A stretch of DNA of 45,801 nucleotides from the NCBI GenBank assembly GCA_045650985.1, contig JAZRRT010000155.1:1-45801 (forward strand), in the 5' to 3' direction. Position 1 is the first letter of the stretch. Every line of letters begins with the position of its first letter. Of the stretch, positions 25,896 to 34,108 are shown one piece after another. The translations under genes were made by a program, and so were the position numbers. Source of the stretch: Acutalibacteraceae bacterium. GTDB lineage: Bacteria > Bacillota > Clostridia > Oscillospirales > Acutalibacteraceae. The notes beneath the pieces are model-generated. The model did no database searches and was not told the DNA's origin. It saw nothing but the letters and a program-made list of their open reading frames with translations.

Positions 25896-27518
25896 ATGCA
25901 AAGTACAAAACCACTCAGAGGCTCAACCCCTCAGCCTGATCATATTATGATAAGTATCTTCGACGATGCAAAAACTTCTATGGCAGTCACCTGGCGCACA
26001 AGCACAGACGTCCAAAACGGCTACGTAGAATACCGCGAGGACGGCACAGACGCAATTATGCGTACAGATGCCCGGACAGAAGTATTCAAAAGCGACATTG
26101 ATGTAAGCAATATCTTCTGGGCACATCTTGAAGGACTTAAGCCCGGCACAAAATACTATTATACCTGCGGTGACGACAGCCATCGCAGCGGTGAATTTTT
26201 CTTCACAACTCAGCCGGAAGGTCTGACAAAATTCAAATTCCTCTGCGTATCTGACCAGCAGAAGGGCGAGCCGTTTGACGAACCCGATTATTCATATTTC
26301 AATTCACTTATCAAGCGTTATCTCAAGGAGCATCCCGACACTGCATTCATCCTCACCGCAGGCGACAACACGGACTGCGGCCAGCACGAGCAGCAGTGGA
26401 ACGGCGCTTTCCTCGGTTGGGAAGGCATTGCAGAGTACGTGCCTGTTATGTTCACCGAGGGCAACCACGATACAAGAGGATTCAAGGATTACCGCCACAG
26501 CATCGGCAGATACTATTCCGAGCCGGCAGAGTTTTTCTGTACTCAGCTCAAAGGCAGTTACCCCTACAACGGCCCCGAAGGCTGGAAGACAGAAAACTAT
26601 GCCTTTGACTACGGCAACGTACACTTCACAGTGCTCGGCGTAAACGGTCCCGAAGACGTCAACGCCTGGCTCAAGGCAGACCTTGAAAAATGCGAAGCAG
26701 ACTGGAAAATCGGCACTTATCACTTCCCCGTATGCTATACGGGAAGCGACTGTCAGAACTATGACTGCTACCCCGTTATGACAGAAAGTATGGAAATGCT
26801 CGACCTTCTCTTCTCCGGTCACGAGCACAGCTTCGGACGCAGTTTCCCCCGCAAGAACGAAGAACTTTTCGAGCAGCCTTCCAAGGGTATGATAAACTAT
26901 GTACTCGGCAATTCAAACCGCAACCCTCCCGGCACACGCTCACTCAGTAAGGTATGGCACACCGCATTCTATCCGATGGAGGACAAAACCTCTATGATTG
27001 CGGTTGCAGAGGTTGACGGCAAGAAGCTGACGATTACCGCAACACTTGAAGACGGCAGAATTGCAGACCGCTGTGTCATCGATAAAGAGCGTGACGTTAT
27101 CGAGCCGTATGCGCTTGCTCCGTATTTCAACCGCACAAGAATGATGTATAAGGGTGCCGACCTCGGCCTTTGCCAGTATCAGACAACCTGCGAAAACGTT
27201 GACGGTGTATGGTACGGCTGCCTGAGTGTACTTTTCACCTATTTTGGCGGACGTGTTGAAAAAACCGAAAATCAGGTTTATCTTGAGGGCTACGGCCATT
27301 GGGCACGCTTCACGCAGGACAGCAAAACCGTTGAAACAGACAGGGGCACGGTTGAGCTTGAAAACGCAGTATTCCGCAACGAGGAAAAGAGAAATCAGCT
27401 CTACATCCCGTTGGATGCCGTAAAACTGTTTGATATGCGTTGGGCATACGCAAAACGAAACAACTTCATTCTCGTCGAGCACGAGAGCGAAGAAAAGCCG
27501 ATAACCGTCCAGCCGTAA
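25896..27518 (+). CDS. Purple-acid-phosphatase-like metallophosphoesterase with C-terminal copper-amine-oxidase-N-like (stalk) domain
   Basis: The N-terminal PAP-type Fn3-like segment (ISIFDDAKTSMAVTWRT...VEYRE) is followed by the motifs AGDNTD, EGNHDT and SGHEHSF. The C-terminal ~110 aa resemble the copper-amine-oxidase-like N-terminal domain. I see no signal peptide. Confidence 0.75.
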   Translation: MQSTKPLRGSTPQPDHIMISIFDDAKTSMAVTWRTSTDVQNGYVEYREDGTDAIMRTDARTEVFKSDIDVSNIFWAHLEGLKPGTKYYYTCGDDSHRSGEFFFTTQPEGLTKFKFLCVSDQQKGEPFDEPDYSYFNSLIKRYLKEHPDTAFILTAGDNTDCGQHEQQWNGAFLGWEGIAEYVPVMFTEGNHDTRGFKDYRHSIGRYYSEPAEFFCTQLKGSYPYNGPEGWKTENYAFDYGNVHFTVLGVNGPEDVNAWLKADLEKCEADWKIGTYHFPVCYTGSDCQNYDCYPVMTESMEMLDLLFSGHEHSFGRSFPRKNEELFEQPSKGMINYVLGNSNRNPPGTRSLSKVWHTAFYPMEDKTSMIAVAEVDGKKLTITATLEDGRIADRCVIDKERDVIEPYALAPYFNRTRMMYKGADLGLCQYQTTCENVDGVWYGCLSVLFTYFGGRVEKTENQVYLEGYGHWARFTQDSKTVETDRGTVELENAVFRNEEKRNQLYIPLDAVKLFDMRWAYAKRNNFILVEHESEEKPITVQP

Positions 27519-27531
27519 TAAAAACTAAAAA

Positions 27532-27570
27532 AATGTCGTTCCGCGCGCTGTTACGGAATGACATTTTTTG
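27532..27570 (+). terminator. Intrinsic terminator
   Basis: 12-bp stem aatgtcgttccg / cggaatgacatt (one G-U), 10-nt loop, then a T run. Confidence 0.75.
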
Positions 27571-27644
27571 TTTATGATATTGATTAAAGCAGTACTTTGT
27601 AGTAAAATATCGTTAAAACCAATCAGACTTCAAGGAGAAAAATT

Positions 27645-28673
27645 ATGGAACAGAAATTAGTTGTAGGCAATATCGGTATGATGTTCGGTATGGCTCACGT
27701 CGAAGGTGCGCTTCATTACGGTGCCGAGGTTGCCGCAATTTGCGACCTCAACGAAAAGACACTTCGTGCAGCAGGCGAAAAATATAACATTCCCGTTGAA
27801 AAGCAGTTCACGGACTATCACGACCTGCTCAACAACGAAAGAATCAACGTTATCTCCGTTGCAATCCCCGACCAGCAGCACAAAAAGGTTGCTATCGAAT
27901 GCCTTCGTGCAGGCAAACACGTTCTTTGCGAAAAGCCCCTTGCACTCACAAGAGAGGACATCGAGGACATCGTAAGAGCCGCAGAAGAATCAGACCGCAA
28001 ATTTATGGTCGGTCAGATTTGCCGCTTCACTCCCTCGTTCGCCAAGACAAAAGAGCTTATCGAAAACGGCACACTCGGCGAAATTTACTTTGTTGAGTCA
28101 GAGTATGCACACGACTATATGAACATAGTAAAGCCCGATGAGAACGGTGTTCTTCATTGGAGAGCAGACCCCAACCGTCACGGTGTTATCGGCGGCGGAT
28201 GCCACGCTGTTGACCTTCTCCGTTGGCTTGCAGGTGACCCCATTGAGGTATTTGCTTACGGCACACACAAGCTTCTTCCCGAGGTAAATTACGACGATGC
28301 AACAGTTGCACTTCTCAAATTCTCAGACGATTTGATGGGCAAGGTTTTTGTTTCAACAGGTTGTAAGCGCGACTACACAATGCGCACCGTAATTTACGGC
28401 ACAAAGGGCACAATCATCTGCGACAACACATCACCCACAATGCAGCTCTTTGTTGCAGGTGAGGACGGAATGGCACACGACCCCGAGATAATCGAGCTTG
28501 AAATCAACAACCACAACTATGACAAAGAGTTCGAAGTATTTGCAGATGCAATCCTCAACGACACTCCCGTTGCAACAGATGCACGAGAAGGTGCAAAGAC
28601 GGTTGCTGTTTGCCACGCAATTGTTGAATCCTCAACAACAGGTAAAATTGTAAAGCCCAACTACGAATTCTGA
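27645..28673 (+). CDS. Gfo/Idh/MocA family oxidoreductase
   Basis: The Rossmann N-terminus has a degenerate G-x-G-x-x-G (VGNIGMMFGMAH). LCEKPL motif present; 342 aa. Confidence 0.85.
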   Translation: MEQKLVVGNIGMMFGMAHVEGALHYGAEVAAICDLNEKTLRAAGEKYNIPVEKQFTDYHDLLNNERINVISVAIPDQQHKKVAIECLRAGKHVLCEKPLALTREDIEDIVRAAEESDRKFMVGQICRFTPSFAKTKELIENGTLGEIYFVESEYAHDYMNIVKPDENGVLHWRADPNRHGVIGGGCHAVDLLRWLAGDPIEVFAYGTHKLLPEVNYDDATVALLKFSDDLMGKVFVSTGCKRDYTMRTVIYGTKGTIICDNTSPTMQLFVAGEDGMAHDPEIIELEINNHNYDKEFEVFADAILNDTPVATDAREGAKTVAVCHAIVESSTTGKIVKPNYEF

Positions 28674-28740
28674 AAATAATAAACGAACACCCCGTACAGT
28701 GAACTGAACAGGTCCAGTAAAAACGGACAATAGACAAAAG

Positions 28741-28773
28741 CCCCCTATTGTAGGATAATACTACAGTAGGGGG
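28741..28773. terminator. Hairpin between convergent genes (probable bidirectional terminator)
   Basis: 13-bp stem ccccctattgtag / ctacagtaggggg (one G-U), loop gataata. The flanking T/A runs are only moderate. Confidence 0.55.
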
Positions 28774-28778
28774 TATTG

Positions 28779-29747
28779 TTATGCCAGTGCTCTGACAACC
28801 ATATAAACCGCAAACGAAATAACGGCCTGAATTATATTCAAACGGTAAATTGTCTGAGTGTTTGACCACTCTTTATTCTTTCTGAAATGGTCGTGAAGAG
28901 GAGTGCGGATATTCTTGAGGATTTTAATCTTGAGGAATCTTGTAACGGAAACCTTGAAAATACCGATAAGACCGTCCAAAAGAAGAATGAAGCAAAGCGG
29001 AATTGCAAGAAGAATGTTGCCTGACTTGAGCACGATAATGCCGAGGAAAAGACCGATTGCTCTTGAGCCTGCATCGCCCATCATCATTGTGCTCGGCTCT
29101 GCATTGTACCAGAGGTATGCAATAATTGCAAAAATCATAATTGCGCCGAGAAGCTTTATCTCTCCGCCTGTGCCGAGGGCGCCGGCTCTAAGAAGAATAA
29201 ATATAATCGAGTTCACCCAAAGTGAGCCGCAGAAACCGTCAATACCGTCTGAGCAGTTTGTTGCGTTAATCATCATCCAAAGGAATACGGTTGAAATTGC
29301 AAGGAAAACATACCAAGGAAGCTTCAGATCATAAAAACCGAGATCAACAGAGAGAAGATCCTGATTCTTCCACACAAATGCGCCCGAGGTAAGAAGACAG
29401 ATAACAAGGTCAATTGCGCCTTTTTTGTATTCGCCCCACGGCACCTTTGACGCATCGTCAAGATAGCCCGAAAGCATACCGAGAAAGATAACCGCATAGT
29501 ACATTTCAAGCTCAGTTGTGGGCTTGATAAATATAAGCGAAGACAGAATAAACACAATTATAAAAACAATACCTGCGCCGCGCTGTTTGCCCTTTGAAAG
29601 CTTGCCGTTGAAAGCAAAATCGCGTCCGCCGTCAACGGGGAGCTTGCTTTTGAACAGTTTGAGCGAAAGTATTACCGCAACAAACGTAAATACAGCTGCA
29701 GCAGGCATAAGCCATTCAGGTTTTACAAACTCTAAAGATTCCAACAT
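28779..29747 (-). CDS. MraY/WecA-family polyprenyl-phosphate sugar-1-phosphate transferase, divergent MraY-like paralog
   Basis: About 10 TM helices. Family motifs are YLDDASK, NATNCSDGIDGFCGS (cf. NAxNxxDGxDGLA) and MGDAGSRAIG. The MraY HHHFE box reads LHDHFRK, and the K-x-G-TPTMGG box is degenerate (KGKQRGAG). Confidence 0.75.
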   Translation of the reverse strand: MLESLEFVKPEWLMPAAAVFTFVAVILSLKLFKSKLPVDGGRDFAFNGKLSKGKQRGAGIVFIIVFILSSLIFIKPTTELEMYYAVIFLGMLSGYLDDASKVPWGEYKKGAIDLVICLLTSGAFVWKNQDLLSVDLGFYDLKLPWYVFLAISTVFLWMMINATNCSDGIDGFCGSLWVNSIIFILLRAGALGTGGEIKLLGAIMIFAIIAYLWYNAEPSTMMMGDAGSRAIGLFLGIIVLKSGNILLAIPLCFILLLDGLIGIFKVSVTRFLKIKILKNIRTPLHDHFRKNKEWSNTQTIYRLNIIQAVISFAVYMVVRALA

Positions 29748-29784
29748 TTCAATTCACCTTTTCTCGTTATTTAGTCCGGTATCC

Positions 29785-30522
29785 TCAGCTGTTACTTATT
29801 TTGCTGAGATATTCTTTATCTTTTTTAGTCAGCTCAGCTTTTTCGAGCATATCGGGACGCTTTGCCGCCGTACGCTCAAGCTGTTTTTCGCGCTGCCATT
29901 TCTGTATGTTGGCATGGTGACCGCTGAGGAGCACGTCAGGCACTTTTTTGCCGTGCCACTCCTCAGGGCGCGTATACTGCGGATGCTCGAGTAGCGAAGC
30001 GAAATGGCTCTCATTCATAAAGCTTTCCTCGCTTGAAAGCACACCCGGCAACATACGACACACGCTGTCCGCAACAACAATTGCGGGCAATTCGCCGCCC
30101 GTAAGCACATAGTCACCTATTGAAATTTCTTCATCAACTATTTCTTCAAGCACACGCTCATCAATGCCTTCATAATGACCGCAAAGAAGCGCAATATTAT
30201 CATATTCCAGAAGCTCAATTGCTTTTTGCTGTGTGAGCACACTGCCCTGCGGTGACATATAAATCAGATGAGGCTTTTTTCCCAGGTCTTCGCAAAGTGA
30301 CTGATAACAGTCATACACGGGCTGAGCCTGCATAACCATACCGGAGCCGCCGCCGTAAGGCGAATCGTCAACCCTGCGGTGCTTGTCGAGCGTATATTTT
30401 CTTATATTGCGGCAATTGATTTCAACAAGACCTTTTTCCCTTGCCCTGCCGAGAATGCTCTCACTTACAACAGCCTCACACATTTCGGGAAAAAGCGTAA
30501 GTATATCAATCCTCATCGTCAA
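29785..30522 (-). CDS. trmD: tRNA (guanine37-N1)-methyltransferase
   Basis: MRIDILTLFPEM start, GGGSGMVM, and the SIGDYVLTGGELPA SPOUT knot motif. Confidence 0.95.
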   Translation of the reverse strand: MTMRIDILTLFPEMCEAVVSESILGRAREKGLVEINCRNIRKYTLDKHRRVDDSPYGGGSGMVMQAQPVYDCYQSLCEDLGKKPHLIYMSPQGSVLTQQKAIELLEYDNIALLCGHYEGIDERVLEEIVDEEISIGDYVLTGGELPAIVVADSVCRMLPGVLSSEESFMNESHFASLLEHPQYTRPEEWHGKKVPDVLLSGHHANIQKWQREKQLERTAAKRPDMLEKAELTKKDKEYLSKISNS

Positions 30523-31027
30523 AAATCCCCTTGAGCGGTCTGATGTAAACCTTTTCGTTTTCTACATCGGTACTGATTACAACAGGCGGAATTACGGGCA
30601 GAAGATACTCCTTGCCGCTGTCGTCCGTAATGTGCCACACATCGTTGGCTCCCGTCTGGCTGACGTCGGTAAGAGTGCCCCAGATTTTGTTTTCATCATC
30701 GGCATCAACTGCCTTACAGCCGATAAGGTCCGCAATAAACCAGCTGCCTTCCGGAAGCTTTGCATCTTTACGTGCCATATAAATAATTTTGTTTCGCATT
30801 GCCGCAGCCTGTTCAACGGTATCTATACCTTCAAGCTTCATCAGCGCTATATTGCCGTGAGGACGTGACGCTGTAATTCTGACGGGCTTTTCACCCTTGT
30901 CATCAAAATATACCGTTTTGAAACAGCAAGCAAATTCGGGACTGTCACACCACGGATTGACGCGCACTTCGCCCTTTATTCCGTGGGTTGAAACAATCTG
31001 TCCGAGTTCAAGATAAGGTTTGAGCAT
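30506..31027 (-). CDS. rimM: 16S rRNA processing protein RimM
   Basis: LGQIVSTHGIKGEVRV N-terminal barrel plus a PRC-barrel C-terminus. It overlaps trmD by 17 nt, in the conserved operon position. Confidence 0.9.
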   Translation of the reverse strand: MLKPYLELGQIVSTHGIKGEVRVNPWCDSPEFACCFKTVYFDDKGEKPVRITASRPHGNIALMKLEGIDTVEQAAAMRNKIIYMARKDAKLPEGSWFIADLIGCKAVDADDENKIWGTLTDVSQTGANDVWHITDDSGKEYLLPVIPPVVISTDVENEKVYIRPLKGIFDDED

Positions 31028-31142
31028 AAAAGCCTCCGTAATTAACGTGTTGAAACACCAATAGCCCTATGACTTTTTTAGTTCCAAAAAAGCACATAGA
31101 GCACCGGTGTTCATTATTTGGGTTTTGAACCAATGAATCGAA

Positions 31143-31385
31143 TTACTCGATTTCAACTGCGATTTTTTCGTTGTTGCGGGTCGCAGCAGCACGCATAACG
31201 GTGCGAATAGATTTGGCAATTCGGCCCTGTTTGCCGATAACTCTTCCCATATCATTCTCGCCGACGTGAAGGTGGTAAACCGTTACGCCCTCTTCGTTGG
31301 GCTCGTCAACAGTAACCGTTACTGCTGAAGGATCCTCAACAAGACCCTGCGCAATTGCGATCAAAAGCTCTGTCATTGCGGGCAC
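31143..31385 (-). CDS. KH-domain RNA-binding protein (YlqC/UPF0109 family)
   Basis: 80 aa with the GKQGRIAKSIRTV KH GXXG loop. It holds the conserved position between rpsP and rimM. Confidence 0.85.
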   Translation of the reverse strand: MPAMTELLIAIAQGLVEDPSAVTVTVDEPNEEGVTVYHLHVGENDMGRVIGKQGRIAKSIRTVMRAAATRNNEKIAVEIE

Positions 31386-31417
31386 CTCCGTAATTATTTT
31401 GCTGTATCTTATAAGAA

Positions 31418-31663
31418 TCAGCCGATAACGCCTGACTTCTTAAGAATAGCCTTAACTGTATCTGTGGGCTGAGCGCCGTTTTTGATCCACTGCTGAGCCT
31501 TCTCAACATCAACCTTGATGTCAGCAGGGTTCTTTGTTGTGTCGTATGTGCCGATTTCCTCGATGAATCTGCCATCACGGGGATAACGAGAATCTGCAAC
31601 TACGATACGATAGAACGGTGCTTTCTTTGCGCCCATACGGCGAAGTCTGATTTTTACTGCCAT
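31418..31663 (-). CDS. rpsP: 30S ribosomal protein S16
   Basis: [26 protein letters not shown]... is canonical S16. Confidence 0.95.
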   Translation of the reverse strand: MAVKIRLRRMGAKKAPFYRIVVADSRYPRDGRFIEEIGTYDTTKNPADIKVDVEKAQQWIKNGAQPTDTVKAILKKSGVIG

Positions 31664-31735
31664 TTTTGTTTTCCTCCAAAAAATTGTTTTGCTTATAATG
31701 TAACAATATAAATTGTAATTACATCCGAAAGTTAT

Positions 31736-33073
31736 TTATCTGCGCTTTTTGTTTTTTCTGAACGACTTGGACAGGCGCTTTCCGCCCTTGCCGCCGAATT
31801 GCTTGAACATCTTCTGCATCTGTTTGAACTGCGCAAGAAGACGGTTTACATCCTCAACCTGCATACCGCAACCTGCCGCAATACGGCGCTTACGGGAAGG
31901 ATTGATTATGTCGGGATTCTCGCGTTCCTGAGGAGTCATTGAGAGAATGATTGCCTGAAGACGGTCAAACTGTCTTTCGTCAACCTCAACATCCTTTATC
32001 TGCTTGCTCAGACCGGGAACCATTGCAAGAGTATCCTTGATTGAACCCATCTTGCGAACCTGCTCAAACTGATCGAGAAGGTCGTTCATATCGAACTTAT
32101 TCTTACGAAGCTTCTCTTCAAGCTCACGAGCCTTTTTCTCGTCTATTGCCTGCTCAGCTTTTTCGATAAGCGAGAGCATATCGCCCATACCGAGAATACG
32201 GGACGCCATACGGTCGGGATGGAAGACATCAAGGTCCTCAAGCTTTTCGCCGATACCGACAAACTTGATAGGTTTGCCCGTAACCGCTCTTGCCGAAAGA
32301 GCCGCACCGCCTCGCGTATCACCGTCGAGCTTGGTGAGAACAAGACCGTCGATTCCGAGAGCATCGTTAAAGCCGTTGGCAACCGTAACCGCATCCTGAC
32401 CTGTCATTGAGTCAACAACAAGGAGAATTTCGTGCGGATGAGCGCTTGCCTTGACAGCTTTAAGCTCATTCATAAGTTCTTCGTCTATGTGAAGTCGGCC
32501 TGCCGTATCAAGGAAGACGTAGTCGTAGCCCTGATCCTTTGCAAGCTTGATTGCTTCCTGAGCAATAGTAACCGGATTGGTCTGACCCATCTCAAAAACA
32601 GGCACACCTGCCTGCTCACCGACAACCTGAAGCTGTTTGATAGCAGCAGGACGATAAATATCGCAGGCAACAAGAAGCGGACGATGACCCTTCTTCTTGA
32701 GAGAAAGAGCAATCTTTGCACTGTGTGTTGTTTTACCTGAACCCTGAAGACCGCACATCATAACAACAGTGGGCGGATGAGGTGCTCTGGTGAGATAAGT
32801 CTGAGTGCCGCCCATAAGTGCGGTAAGCTCTTCGTTGACGATTTTGATAACCATCTGCGAAGGTGTAAGGCTTTCCATAACCTGTGCACCGATGGCACGC
32901 TCAGTTACCGTGTTTGTGAAATCCTTGGCAACTTTAAAGTTGACGTCAGCCTCAAGGAGAGCAAGACGAACCTCACGCATTGCGTCGCGAACATCGTGTT
33001 CTGTAAGACTGCCTTTGCTTCTGAGGCGTTGAAACGCGGATTCAAGTCTGTCGGAAAGGCCCTCAAATGCCAA
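31736..33073 (-). CDS. ffh: Signal recognition particle protein Ffh
   Basis: N, G and M domains: GLQGSGKTT, DTAGR, TKLDGD, and a Met-rich C-terminal M domain with a basic tail. Confidence 0.95.
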   Translation of the reverse strand: MAFEGLSDRLESAFQRLRSKGSLTEHDVRDAMREVRLALLEADVNFKVAKDFTNTVTERAIGAQVMESLTPSQMVIKIVNEELTALMGGTQTYLTRAPHPPTVVMMCGLQGSGKTTHSAKIALSLKKKGHRPLLVACDIYRPAAIKQLQVVGEQAGVPVFEMGQTNPVTIAQEAIKLAKDQGYDYVFLDTAGRLHIDEELMNELKAVKASAHPHEILLVVDSMTGQDAVTVANGFNDALGIDGLVLTKLDGDTRGGAALSARAVTGKPIKFVGIGEKLEDLDVFHPDRMASRILGMGDMLSLIEKAEQAIDEKKARELEEKLRKNKFDMNDLLDQFEQVRKMGSIKDTLAMVPGLSKQIKDVEVDERQFDRLQAIILSMTPQERENPDIINPSRKRRIAAGCGMQVEDVNRLLAQFKQMQKMFKQFGGKGGKRLSKSFRKNKKRR

Positions 33074-33114
33074 GAAAATACACTTCCTTTACTGTGGTTT
33101 ATGTAGTAGGTAAA

Positions 33115-33480
33115 TCAGTTTTCAACGAGAGTTGAAACAATTGCGCGGATACGGACAGATGCCTCATTAATCTCTCTTGAAAGACCAAAACGCATATTCT
33201 GCTCGTATATAAGGTTTGCGCATTCAACGATTTCGTCGAGACCCCTTTTCTGCTCCTCAAAACGAGCAACGAGTCCCAGCTTATTTTCCATGTCAAAGAG
33301 CTGAGCTTCCGCACGCTTGATAGCGTCACGCACGCCCTGCCTTGTAATGCCTTCGTTCTCAGCAATTTCTGAGAGAGAAAGGTCATCATTATAGTAATAA
33401 TCCAAGAAGCTGCGCTGCTTCTCGGTCAGCATTTCGCCGTAAAAATCCAGCAAAACGGTGACACCGAGATTTTTAGCCAA
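33115..33480 (-). CDS. ylxM: YlxM/p13-like putative DNA-binding protein (UPF0122)
   Basis: LLDFYGEMLTEKQRSFLDYYYNDDLSLSEIAE..GITRQGVRD is the sigma-70-region-4-like HTH typical of YlxM, immediately upstream of ffh. Confidence 0.85.
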   Translation of the reverse strand: MAKNLGVTVLLDFYGEMLTEKQRSFLDYYYNDDLSLSEIAENEGITRQGVRDAIKRAEAQLFDMENKLGLVARFEEQKRGLDEIVECANLIYEQNMRFGLSREINEASVRIRAIVSTLVEN

Positions 33481-33533
33481 AAGGATCTCCCCCTAACGTG
33501 TTTGTGTAAAGCATTTGTTCTTTACAAGCTGGT

Positions 33534-33562
33534 ATTATACTAAAAAACTTCTGATGTGTCAA
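33534..33562 (-). promoter_or_regulatory. Consensus sigma-A promoter of the ylxM-ffh operon
   Basis: On the minus strand: TTGACA (33557-33562), 17-nt spacer, TATAAT (33534-33539). Both hexamers match the consensus perfectly. Confidence 0.7.
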
Positions 33563-33585
33563 GGCTTTTAAAAGCACAAAAGAAT

Positions 33586-33619
33586 GGCTGTTTTTTCACA
33601 AAACCTTGTGAAAAAAGCC
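33586..33619 (-). terminator. Orphan terminator-like hairpin just upstream of the ylxM promoter
   Basis: ggc(tg)ttttttcaca-aaacct-tgtgaaaaaagcc forms a 13-bp stem with a 2-nt bulge. On the minus strand it is followed by attcttttgtgctttt. No annotated minus-strand gene lies upstream of it. Confidence 0.4.
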
Positions 33620-33811
33620 AATAGTGTCGATTAGTTGTATTTGTCCGCGGAAGTTGACACAAAATAGAGTAAGTTGTACTTCAAAAAACTCAAAATAAAT
33701 TTTTTAAAAAAATTTTGCAACAAATTTGCAAAGTATCGTTTACATTTTATTCACAAAAAAGACACCATTTATTATCAAACTATGACGAATTATATTGTAA
33801 TATTAAACCAC

Positions 33812-33848
33812 GGAGAACACTTCGGTTTTCCACTTTTTATTTTATTTT
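33812..33848 (+). terminator. Orphan terminator-like hairpin plus long T tract (plus strand)
   Basis: 7-bp stem ggagaac / gttttcc (one G-U), loop acttcg, followed by actttttattttatttt. The stem is weak and no plus-strand gene lies upstream. Confidence 0.3.
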
Positions 33849-33890
33849 GATTTCTTCTTTTTGTTTCTTTTTCATTTACTCCTTCCTTTT

Positions 33891-33924
33891 GCGAACAGGC
33901 GAGCCAAACGGCTCGCCTGTTTGC
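33891..33924. other. Very stable 15-bp GC-rich hairpin with AAAC tetraloop
   Basis: gcgaacaggcgagcc-aaac-ggctcgcctgtttgc, 15 bp with one G-U. It has no clean U tract on either strand. Confidence 0.55.
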
Positions 33925-34047
33925 ATTTAACAGCACTGTTTCAACAATACTTTTGTATTCCTTATCCAAAAAACCGTACTGTGAAAATCAAAATTTCAAA
34001 CTATATCTTCTTTTTTTGAACGGATTCGACAAATTTCTTCTTTTTTA

Positions 34048-34075
34048 TTGATTTTTCAAAATTCTCCTTTATAAT
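34048..34075 (+). promoter_or_regulatory. Sigma-A-type promoter of membrane metallophosphoesterase gene
   Basis: TTGATT (34048-34053), 16-nt spacer, TATAAT (34070-34075). Confidence 0.45.
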
Positions 34076-34108
34076 TATGTTACACACAAAAAGGGAGAAT
34101 TTTTAATT

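Noticed and set aside
33586-33755. Possibility that DnaA-box-like 9-mers mark a replication origin or DnaA-box cluster. These are perfect TTATTCACA at 33747-33755 and again at 43685-43693, and TTTTTCACA/TGTGAAAAA at 33591-33616, 11222-11251 and 39705-13.
   Set aside because: There is no dnaA/dnaN/rpmH context. The boxes are scattered over different spacers, and one lies in a terminator loop. T-rich 9-mers ending in CACA are expected by chance in AT-rich intergenic DNA. Only the tandem array at 11222-11277 is kept, as a low-to-moderate-interest finding.
33715-33930. 71-aa ORF in the long ylxM-upstream spacer; also 11274-11489 (71 aa) and 37847-38116 (89 aa) in other spacers.
   Set aside because: They are AT-rich, Phe/Ile/Ser-rich translations with no SD. 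They run through terminator hairpins and promoters, consistent with chance ORFs in AT-rich DNA.
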